A stretch of DNA of 64,000 nt from NCBI GenBank assembly GCA_964187785.1, contig OZ076417.1:36084001-36148000 (forward strand). Reading direction: 5' to 3'. The notes beneath the pieces are model-generated. The model saw nothing but the letters and a program-made list of their open reading frames with translations, searched no databases and had not been told where the DNA came from. Made by a program: the position numbers and the translations under genes. This document shows, piece by piece, positions 47,701 through 58,147 of this stretch; position 1 is the first letter of the stretch; each line of letters begins with the position of its first letter. The stretch is from Amphiscolops sp. MND2022 (lineage: Eukaryota).

Positions 47701-50700
47701 TTGTAAGAAACTACAATAGACTAATCGGGACCTCCACTGAGGAAAGTTACATCTAAAATGTGCCCAAAAGTCATCCATGATGAAATGAAACTAGCATACT
47801 CATGCTGAGAACCCATGCAATCTTATTCATGGCCATGTAAACTTACTCGACTCCATGCAAGGCTATGCATGCATCATGTAAAACAGTATAAAAATTGCCA
47901 TGGCCATGAATGAATTATGAAGAATTTACAAACAGTGACATTGCCATGCATGCACCATGTAAAACTGTATCAAAAAAAATGTAAAATTGTATCAAACAAG
48001 CCGGGACCGGTCCAAGTCGGCGCCATATCTAAGGCTCAAAAATAGCAAAAGGACTTCAAAGTGTCAAAGTATTGGTGAATTGGGGACCCTTTTTGGAAAA
48101 AAAAATGAAGGAAAGTCTCACAATGCCGAAAAAACTGAGAGGGGGGACCCTATTCCTTGGGCCAACGGGAAAAATTTGGCGCCTTCTTAAAATTTTGTAG
48201 AACTTTTGGGGTAGAATTATTTTGGTCACTTCAGGTGTATCGAAAAAAAATGAAAAAACACTGACGAAAAGCCATGACTAGTCGGCTCTTTTCAAGAAAA
48301 ACACCGACTAAAAACGACATGGCCATGCAAGCACTTTTAAAAACTATATCAAAAAGTAACGTAATCATGCATGGAGTTACATTGAGTCTCAACTCCAGTA
48401 TTTTTTTTACATGCAAGTTCGCTTCGAAGCGAACTTTCATGCAAAAATACTCGATCGCTATTTAAAATACCAACGCATATTCAATTTTCGATACCGCAAG
48501 ATCTCACTTTACAAGACGTACGCTGACGGTTTCGGTGCATCAGTAAAGTAGATACGTTGTCCAAAAGATTAAAATAGCTTCTTCTGAACTTGAACAAAGG
48601 CTAGCCTCTGTGTGACTGAACCTCATTTGATTGCATACATCTTGGGCAAATAGTTCAGCTGAACTTTTCAAATTGCTACATCACAGCAGTTTCATTCTAT
48701 TTTAGACTCTTATAGTGAACGCGGTGTCAATGAGTCTCAAAACAGCCAAGGCCTGAAAATTACCTTTTCACACCAAAAAGGAAAATGAAAAATGTACGTG
48801 AAGTATTTCTAAAGGGAGATACTAAATGAAAAAGATTAGGAGATCAATGTTTAGCGTAACGTCAAACTCAATTCATCAGACTATATCATTTCACAGAATT
48901 TCACGATTCAATGCAAAATATTCATGGTAGTTGAAGTTTGTGAAACGCATGAAAGCTACTATTAAAGTTTTAGAAGTCTGAGAAGCTAGACTAGAAAAGT
49001 CACTGTCACATGATCATCACAGTTTCGTATGTTAATTTTTTTCATATAATTTGCTCTCACTAGCCTTCAAGCCTTTTAGTGTTTGGCTACAGAAAACATT
49101 GATGTTTAAAACAACATTATATTTGTGGTCTGGAGGTCTTTCTAATTCTCTCGAGTTGTCTGCAGCTCTGGATTCACATACATTTTTGGCATCAAAATTT
49201 GCTGACATCAATATAACGAAGAATTCATGTGAGAAAAACTGATCGTTAGAAAGTAGTAAAATTTTGACAATGAAAAAATGCTATCAAAAGAATTCCAATA
49301 AAGCACAAAAACTCCCTAGACATCGCTGAGAGATTGATTCAAAAATGTTGGAGAGATTTTGTAGGGTGTGAATCAATTAATAAGAACCACTGAAAAGTGA
49401 GAACATGTTTGAAAATCAGGGAGGATTTATTAGCAATGAAAGGCTAAAAAGTTACCTAAAAACATATTACAACTTTCAACTCATTCGTATGATGGAGTAG
49501 GTATAGTTACTCAAATGACAAAGATCTAAAAAGTTTACACAAAAACTTTTTTAAAGTGAAGTTTTTGGAATTTTGCACTAACGGAGCCATAAAAGTCTTA
49601 GAAACGAAAAAACGTGAATTGCCGATGTTCTCGTTTCGGTGATAACATAAGCATCAACCAATCAAAATAGAGATAGATGTGAGTAGTTTCAGCCAATGAG
49701 AATGGAGAAAGATTGTCGTCGTCACTCACCAAGAGAGATGGCCATCTGTAGATATGCAGGCTGGATGTTGGTGCCCACGAAGACTGAGGAGAACACCCAC
49801 AGACTGAGAGGCATCATGAAAAAGGCACAGACCGTAGACAGAAAGGACATGGTCACACTTAAGGCCACGTCGCCTGAAACAGGGGCGGCTATTATTGTTA
49901 AAGTGATCACAGCACTTTTGTATAGTCTGATCAAACCGCTTTTCCATTGAGAGTCGCTCTCGGATGAACTTCCGGACCGGATTTTCCCTCCAAAGCAGCC
50001 ATTGGATCTTTTTTGTAAAACCCCAACCCCACAGTAAGTGTGAACATGTTAATACAAACCCCCCCCCCCATTATGAGCGATGGGTTTCAACCGCAGTTAG
50101 AGTTATGAAATACTGTAGTTTGATTGCAATTTGATTGGTTGTAACTGTTAATTCAATGATAATTTGACTTGACTGCTTAACCAGGGGGATTTAAATAAGT
50201 GGGTGGGGGAATTAAGAGAAAAGATCTCAGCCATTTTTAACTCACAGTTTGGAGAGTTTTTCCTTGACCCGAATATCTTCACAATTGCGGGGCAATTCTG
50301 GAAGATGTTTCAAAATTAGGGTACATATACGTCGATATTGTTGAAATCTAGTTCATAATGCTGGAAATTTGTTCTAAAAACATGCTGGGAAGTTGGCGTT
50401 CAGTATGGAAAAACCGATTATACGTTGTCTTGATGCTGAGGGGGGAAAATGATTATTTTTTCTCAAGATTATATCTGTGACGTCATAAGTTACCATCGGT
50501 GATGTGGGTGAGAAAATTACTCATGACTCCCCCTGGACAACAGCTGTTGATGAGGGCGGCCATCTGGACATCTCGTTCCAGCTGCATGGCCCTGCAGATA
50601 GCCAGAGTGACCAGAGGAAGCACCCCGAACTGACACAGGAACCCAATCACTGGACCCACTGGTCTCTTCAACACCTTCAACAGCTCCTTTTTGGTCAAGT

Positions 50701-53700
50701 TGATGCCTGCAAAAACAAACAAGGTTTATTGCCCGGAAAAACAAACAAATTAATGTCTGGAAAAATAAAACCCATGTGTGGCCCTGACAAAATTGATGTC
50801 TGGAAAATCAATTCAATATCATTCGTAATGTAACTATACTGCATTAACTACTAATTAACCCCAAAATAAACCTATGCTGATGCACCGAAAAGTGAAATCA
50901 ACCTGTTTTGAAAGTTTATGCATGTTCCAAAAATGATTTTAATTGACAAAAAATTTGAATACAGCAGCGGCCCACATGTTGTGTTGATGCAATTAATAAC
51001 TCTTTATATCAGAACTAAAATTGATTGATGAAATTCTGAAAATTAAAAAAACCTGGAAACGCTCAGAAACGCATTTTGATAGCAATATTTTTCAAAAACA
51101 GATTCAACTCTCCGACAGGTATATTGTTAGATAACAAACAACTGTCTTCAAACTCTATATGGTCGAAATAGTCAGAACTTTTTTTACAATTGCGTAACGA
51201 ATGAGCAGTTCAGTACCTGGAAATACCCCATGTGACAAATTCAACTATGCCAAGCCGTAGGAGGGCAAAAGAGCTGTTTAGCTCTACTTACAGCAGAACA
51301 GTCACGAAGCGGAAATCCCTTGAACATACTTTACGCAAAATGTACAATAGGCTGAAATGGATTGACTTGATACCTTATGACATATGCTAGATGAGTTTAA
51401 CACAAATGCGGGCTCATATAACCAAATTAATTATTGATGGGAGCGGATCACTAAGCCGACCAAATAAATTCATTCTCAGCGCGTGATTAAATTCTTTCTG
51501 AACGTGTGATTAATATCATTCTAAAATTTAATTGGACAAAAATATATACGGATTATAAATTATTTAAACAAAACAGCGTTAATGGAACATTACGATAACG
51601 TAATCAGCTATGGTCACATACCTCTAGTGCCCTAAATGCAGGAGCGAAGCGAAGTGGAGCGACGTGCCATATGGCCATGCCCCGATGTTGCCACTTTGCG
51701 AAGGAAGCGAAGCGACCGAGCCATGCAACAGATATGCTAACCTCTTCAAAGAAATCAATTTATTTGGTCAGCTTAGTGAACCGTCGGCACTGTGCACCGC
51801 TCCCGTATTGATAACATGCAACTGTATTCCATTTGTTGGAATTGTTATAATTTGTTAGAATAGTTAGAATTGTATATATTTTTTTAAAAAACCATTCAAC
51901 AAATGAATGAAACTGTTAAAAATTGGTTCTTGAGGGCGATGAGTTGAAGAACGGGTTCTCTCATTAACCGTCTGTTTTCATTATTATTATTTATAATATT
52001 ATTATTTTACATAAACTTTCTTCTTTTCGACCACAACACGTCTCAGCAGGGGTCCTCAAAAATTAATGGGAGGGAAATTAATTTCCATTAATGGGTTTCC
52101 ATTAATGGGTTTTTCATGTCTACAAATTCCATTAATTAATTTTTAATGATGCCGTTAATTTCCATTTTTAATATTTGTACATTTTAGTCAAAATCATTCT
52201 ACATTAATAGTAAATTTTTAGGCTATTATTAATGATTTTTCAGTTACGAAAAATTACGTAATAGCGTGGCTATGGCTCATAGCTTCATTTTATTCGAAAC
52301 TACAGTTTCACCCTAATTATCAAGAACAAACTAATAGAAAAATACCCCTAGTGAATAAAATTTTTTATTTCTTGAAAACCATTAATTGCCATTATTGAAT
52401 AATGAATTTTTATGTTTTCCCTTAATGGTATAATTCATTTTTGAGTTGAAAATTGTAAAAATTAATTTCCATTAATTTTTGCGGACCCTTGCGTCTCAGT
52501 GGATTTCGTGACAATAATATTGTCTAATCAATTAAAGTAACGAAGAGCCTTAATCTAATTGCCTTGTTTTGAATTCTTGTGACGAAACTGTGGAACCAAA
52601 AAGTGCAACCAATTTGTTACATGTTATCATATATTCCACAACTGTTTTTGCTGAAAATCAGTCAACTGAAAGTCAGTCAAATACATCTACAAAGCTATGT
52701 TGGCGGAATCCAATGATTTGTTTACAGACTAAAACCGTCCATGAACTTCGATGTACTTTTTCACCAGTGAAGACATCGATGATATCAGCTGAAATTTCCC
52801 CGGAAATTTAAAACTAATCACATTTCAATCAAACTTTCTCCAAATTTTCTAAAAGCAATTTTAAGTGCATATAATTGTTTGATGAAAAGTATGACCATTT
52901 AAACAAGTTGAGTCTTACTTTCAACGTGTGGTACCGCTTTTTGACCTAAGGTTGATTGCTAAACAAAATTGAATATTCCCCAAACTTCATTTAGGTTTAT
53001 TTTGATCCTTTTTTCTTTTCTATATCACTTTTTTGAGACTGTATCTCGACTGTATTGTGGAGTTTTGCGAAATCGTCGTGTGTATCTTTCTGTACCGTCA
53101 AACATCAAACGTACATTTCTCGACAAACGATCTGGTTTTCAAACATTTTCAAATTTTTCTGTACTAATGCAAGACGGGGATATCATTTGGAATGGAAACT
53201 ACCATGGAAAATTTTCGGTATTTCGTTTACCGTTGTTCACGGGCCACCTAGTAATAGTCTAAGTTTCAAAAAGCAATTTTAAGCACATGGAAAGCCATTA
53301 AAAACTGAACGCACAAAATATTCACTCGTAATTCACAAAATATTTAAAATCGTAATATTTGTCAATAAGGAACTGAAAATGTTTCACTTTGCCTGCCAAA
53401 CATTCTCTCATTACGTAATCAAATCTTCAACATAGAACGATCCGAACTTTCAGGAAAAAGTCTAGACGTTATGTTTTACACTTCTGAGTTTATTGGCCTC
53501 GAATAAAAGTTGTCACATTGAATGACCGACAAGCTGAATGCTCAGTTGCTTGGAAACATTTGTTGATAAATATTTAGAACTTTGAGAGCTCAAAGTATTT
53601 TTATGCGTTCCGTTTATGGTTCACCTAGTAATCGTTCCAGGGATATGAAAACAAGATTACCAGAAAACTCAACACAAGAAAACTCAACACAAGAAAACTC

Positions 53701-56700
53701 AACACAAGAAAACTCAACACGCAAAAACTCAACACAAGAAAACTCAACACACGAAAACTCAACACATTTTAAGCATTTAATAATCGTGATATATATTATA
53801 CATCTATATTCCTTGTTCGTACTGCTCATAATTTATGCATTTTTTTAAATATTTGTGTTTGCGTTTAAACTCTTTCCATCGTTTTTTTTTCATGGTTTGG
53901 GCCAATGTAAACAACGTTTCAACGTGAAAAACAGTTTAAAATTGGAAAAAGTCAAAGGGTACCCCCTTGCATTTTTTTGAAATTTTCGGTTTGTAGAAAA
54001 CGTTGAATGAGCCTGAATGGCCTTTTTTTGAGTTTTTCGGCATTTTGCGACTTAAAAAATACTTTTTTTTCGAAAAAAAATTTCAAAAATAATTTTTTTG
54101 AAAAATTTTTTTTTCCAAATTTTTACAATAGTTGTTCCTTGAATATTTTTGAGCCTAAGATATGGCGCCGACTTGGGACGTTCCCGTCTTGTTTTACTTT
54201 GTGTTGAGTTTTCTGGGTTGAGTTTTCTTGTGTTGAGTTTTCATGTGTTGAGTTTTCCGTACCCCGAAAACAGCGTCCTACCACAGCCTTTTTCTGATCA
54301 TTACTTTTTACTTTTGTTTTTCGCATTGTTTTTGTTAATACGTAATACTTTCGATTCTTTAATGACGAGAAAACATTGTGCTTACACCTTCGACTAATCA
54401 GGTTTCCGAGGCTAAAACTGTTCTTTTTCTTTTAAACTTTTTCGTCTTTTGAACTCTCATAGCTACACTATGGTACCAAAAAGCTAAGTACAGCTGAATT
54501 TTTTGAATTTTTTTCAAGTCAAAAAAAATGAAAACATTTGTGAACAATTTCAATCAGTTACCGGAAGTTGTGCTTCGAAAATGGTTAAACCGCTTGATTC
54601 ATTTTTGGTTTGCAAAATTGTTACTCTTCGCGAGATTGGGTTATCTTACAATCAAATCAAAGAGAAATTGGGTTTGAAGTCACGATCAACAGCACAGTCA
54701 GCTCACAAGCGCTTTTTGAAAACCAGTTCTTATTCTCCAAAAAAACCACCAGGAAGACCGGAAAAACTTAGCAAAAAAGACAAAAGATTAATTATAAGAA
54801 GCGTCAAAAACGATCCCAAAACTACATTACAAAGAATCAGGGTAAAGTATAATTCTTTTGCAACCTCAAAAAGTGTCTCAAGATCTACAATTCGGCGAGT
54901 TCTGAAGAAGTATGGGCTAGTTTCTAGAGTGGCGGCTAAAAAATTTCAGCTCAATAAAAAACAACGAACAACGAGGAAAAAATGGTGCTTGCGAATGTCC
55001 AAGAAGCCGCTCGGTTTTTTGTCCAGCCTTGCACTCACTGAAAAAAGTACATAGTAAAAAATTTTCAATTTTGGGAAGGAAAATCTTTCACTCGTATCCA
55101 GCTTTTTTTCCATCAAATTTGCTAACTGGAGTCGGCGAGCAACAGGCGCTGTAGCGTAGTGGTTAATTCCAATGGGTGGCATCCCGAAGACACGGGTTCG
55201 ATTCCGCGTACGGCCCAAATATTTTACGATCGTCAAACATACACAGAGTCCGCAAATAGACGAAAATTTTCAGCAAAAAAATCGGAAATTTTCAAAAAAA
55301 TCTCAAAGTTTCGGAATTTTCCTAATTTTTTTATCGCAACACCAAACGGCCCCTCCTACAAATTTTTCGGCACTGTGAGACAATTTTTTCTCAACACCAA
55401 AGGGTCTCCCTTCGAAATTTTTTGGCACTGTGAGACAAAAAAATCAAAAATTTAGAAAAAAAATCGAAATATTTCAATTTTTTTTGTTTCACAGGGCCGA
55501 AAAAAATTCACAGGGTGACCCTTTTCTTCTTTTTGCGAAATCGTCTAAAAACACGGGACAGCCCTGGGGTGGAACCCACAATCTTTGGTGTCAAAAGTGA
55601 GAATTCAACCGGCTGCGCCAAATCTACTTGAATTCGAACAGTTAAAAGCGGCGACTAAAAAAATAAATGTCATTGTAATAGTCGGGCACTTTTTGATATA
55701 AGCGCCGACTAAGAACCGTAAACAATTGGGGAACAGCGTAAGTCGGTGACCTGCTTAAGCCTCAAATTTATCGACAAAGTGTTTCAACTTTTTCTGACTT
55801 TTTCTTTTGTTTTTTATTATCGCAGATTTTTGTAGTACTCTACTTTTGCTATTCTTTTTCTCATGAAGTTTTACATAATAATCTTGGCTGGATGGAAAAG
55901 GATTCTGGGAAAATGTGGTTTTCACTGATGAAACTCGTGTGCGTCTGAACAGTGACGGTATTGTAAGAGTTTTCCGAGAAAAAGGATCGCGTTTCCACTC
56001 AAAAAATATTCAAGGGCAGAACACTGTTAAACGCTCGCTTATGTTCTGGGGAGCTATTCGATCGGATGGCAGGAAGATGCTAATTAGATGCCCGGCAACA
56101 CTCAATAGCAGCGGCTATGTCGAAATTCTTGAAAAGTATGACAGAAATTTGCACCTACCGGACATTGTTTTCCAGCACGATAATGCCCCAATTCACAGAA
56201 GCAGAGAGGTTTCCAACTATCTAAGTGAAAAGAAGTGGGATGTGCTCGAATGGCCTCCGTATAGTCCTGATTTGAACCCCATGGAAAATATTTGGGCTAT
56301 ACTGAAGAAATCCCTGCAAGGACAAACTCTAACGTGGGAAAGTTTGGAAGAAACAGTGATTGATATTTGGAACAATATCAGTCCCGAAATTATCCGAAAT
56401 ATGTACGCATCTTATGAGAGTCGCCTCGTAAAAACTATAAAAAACGATGGAAATATGATTGGTTATTAGTGTGTTTGTCTCCTAATTTGATTATATTTTT
56501 TTTCTGTTTAAATTTCAAATTTTCCTCTCAGTTTTTAAAAATTCAACAGGTGTACGTAGCTTTCTGGTACCATAGTGTATTTTGACAGCTTTCAAAAACC
56601 TATTCCCGGATTTTCTCATCATCCGTTTCTGCGCAACGTCAATCCACTAAGGTCTTGAAGACGTACGAAACGATTTTCGTCTCAGTAAGAATGTATGTTA

Positions 56701-57283
56701 TTTCCCTGAGCCTATAGGAAATTATTCCTAAATCAAAACTCTGTTTTCGAAACAAATCCTGGAATTTCTTCACATGTTTCAGCGAATCCATTTTGTACCA
56801 AAAATTTAATCAGAAGCAGAAATCTGTCCATAAAGTAAGATAAGAATCTCAGTAACACTTGTCGTAAATTTTGGCATTAGAAAATTTTTCGGTTTTTTCC
56901 AAGTTGCAGTCCATTTATTCCCCATATGGTTTTACTTGTGTTGACGTGCCATGCATTTTCATGCATGATCATGTCAATTTCATGCTTGCCATGCATGATC
57001 ATTCGAACGTCTGATTGGAAAAATATGAAGTAAAATCGAAGGAAATACTATCGCAGTGCCACTGCGCGTAGTGGATTTTTTTCATCTCAGACATCATCAA
57101 AAGGTAGCATTCATTGCATTACTCACCACTGTTGATCATGATGGACATAATGGCGACTCCCATGAGTACCCCCACAGTTATCCTCAGACCGTGCATTAGG
57201 GCATCCACTTCCTTCTCCATCATCTCTGTGGTCGTCGTGACGTCATTGGTCCAACTGCTGCTATTCTCGGCGGAAGTGTTCAT
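44740..57283 (-). CDS. SLC10/SBF-family sodium:bile-acid symporter-like protein
   Basis: Exons 57283-57127, 50706-50494, 49873-49730, 46581-46394, 45795-45609, 44951-44740 (1101 nt, 366 aa). All introns are GT-AG and phase-consistent. Family motifs: LKRPVGPVIGFLCQFGVLPL, CCPGGVMSN, DGDVALSVTMSFLST, RAVCFETGFQN. The orthologue cannot be named; an alternative last exon 42143-41980 is possible. Confidence 0.9.
47994..48314 (-). mobile_element. Family A Helentron-like element (short, both ends present)
   Basis: aaacaagccgggaccggtccaagtcggcgccatatctaagg at the left end; agtcggctcttttcaagaaaaacaccgact hairpin at the right end. Confidence 0.65.
51444..51783. mobile_element. MITE-like element, family C
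   Basis: 27-bp TIRs CGG(A/T)TCACTAAGC(C/T)GACCAAATAAATT; no clear TSD; the interior is shared with 6545-6781. Confidence 0.6.
52047..52491. mobile_element. hAT-type MITE (445 bp)
   Basis: TIRs CA(G/A)GGGTCC(T/G)CAAAAATTAATGG; perfect 8-bp TSD CGTCTCAG (52039-52046 and 52492-52499); ATTAAT-rich interior. Confidence 0.85.
53660..54259. mobile_element. Foldback-like MITE with tandem 15-nt subrepeats in its arms and a nested family A fragment (about 53950-54194)
   Basis: About seven copies of AAAACTCAACAC(A/G)(A/C)(G/A) on the left and about four inverted copies on the right; TA at both ends. Confidence 0.65.
54581..56469 (+). CDS. Tc1 transposase, in two pieces: 54581-55013 and 55901-56469 (333 aa when joined)
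   Basis: HTH and GRP motif in the first piece; VFTDE, FQHDNAPIH and SPDLNPME in the second, with 34 residues between the second D and the E. No stops or frameshifts in the joined frame. Confidence 0.85.
55146..55216 (+). other. Degenerate tRNA-like Pol III promoter segment inside the Tc1 insert
   Basis: gctgtagcgtagtggtta (A box) ... gggttcgattcc (B box); cloverleaf pairing is poor, so it is not called a tRNA gene. Confidence 0.55.
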
Positions 57284-57617
57284 TTTTCACTGCCGAGTGT
57301 GTGAGGAGACTGAAACGCATGGCCTTAGCAGTGGAGACGTTTCTTTTTTGGTATAATTAGCCTCAAAAATGAAAGGTTCAAAAAGACAACGTTTCGAGAA
57401 AAAAAATGTTCTAAAAATTAGTTGACACTTATAATTGTGCCTTTCTGGGTCTTCAGCTGCTAAGTTTGTGCGCTATTATTTCATGAGCAATTAAAAGTTT
57501 CAGAAACGACTTATGTAAACAAGCTGGGAACGGCTCAAGTCGGCTGTAAAACTTTAGTGATCGAGCTTCTCTAAAGTTCGTTTTGAAGAAACGAAAAGAT
57601 CCAAACAATGTATTTTT

Positions 57618-57955
57618 TGGTTGATGCTGATATCGGCTATAAATCGAGGTATCAATGCTTTAGGAATAAATGTTTTAATCAAATAACAAACGGCAAAAGA
57701 ACATAAACGAAACAATATTAACAAATATTAGTAAACAACGCTTTTTGAACTGAATAGCAAGGCCTTTTCAAGAGCATTTTTCAAGGTTATTTGAATATAT
57801 TTTATGGTAAAAATACAAGTTTTAACCGAAACATTTACGGACCCGTCCGGGATTCGAACCGTAGACCTTTCGATTGGAGAGCTAGTATTACTACCTCTAC
57901 ACTAAACCGTCTTTTTATTTGTTTGTTTTAAATTAGCGATATTGCTACCGCAACA
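57618..57955 (-). repeat. Putative 3' LTR of the Bel/Pao element (distal end approximate)
   Basis: Minus strand: PPT-like gggcccggagga followed by TGTTG at 57955; ATTAAA near the far end; candidate CA ends at 57618 or 57609. The 5' LTR is outside the window. Confidence 0.55.
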
Positions 57956-58147
57956 TCCTCCGGGCCCAAGAAGATGATCTGTCGGAACAAACAAAAAAAA
58001 ACAAAAAAAAAAACAAAAAAAGAACTCCTTTTTTTTCTCAACTTTTTTTTCATGTTTTTTTTTCGTGATCGGTTCATTACACAAATACAAGCTACATGAG
58101 TCATAGAGATACATGTGGTTAAACAGAAAAAGTACAAATGTTACGAG

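Larger units (their letters stand above)
54466..56577 (+). mobile_element. Tc1-family (DD34E) DNA transposon in SLC10 intron 1, interrupted by an 887-bp insert
   Basis: Imperfect TIRs of about 30 bp starting CACTATGGTACC; TA TSD at 54464-54465 and 56578-56579. Confidence 0.92.

Noticed and set aside
53582-53848. ORFs with ENSTQ or VEFSC repeats
   Set aside because: They are translations of the 15-nt subrepeats of a MITE arm.
55146-55216. Functional tRNA genes here, at 57838-57911, about 19100, about 40000 and about 34420
   Set aside because: A and B boxes are present but the acceptor and anticodon stems do not pair; all lie inside repeats.
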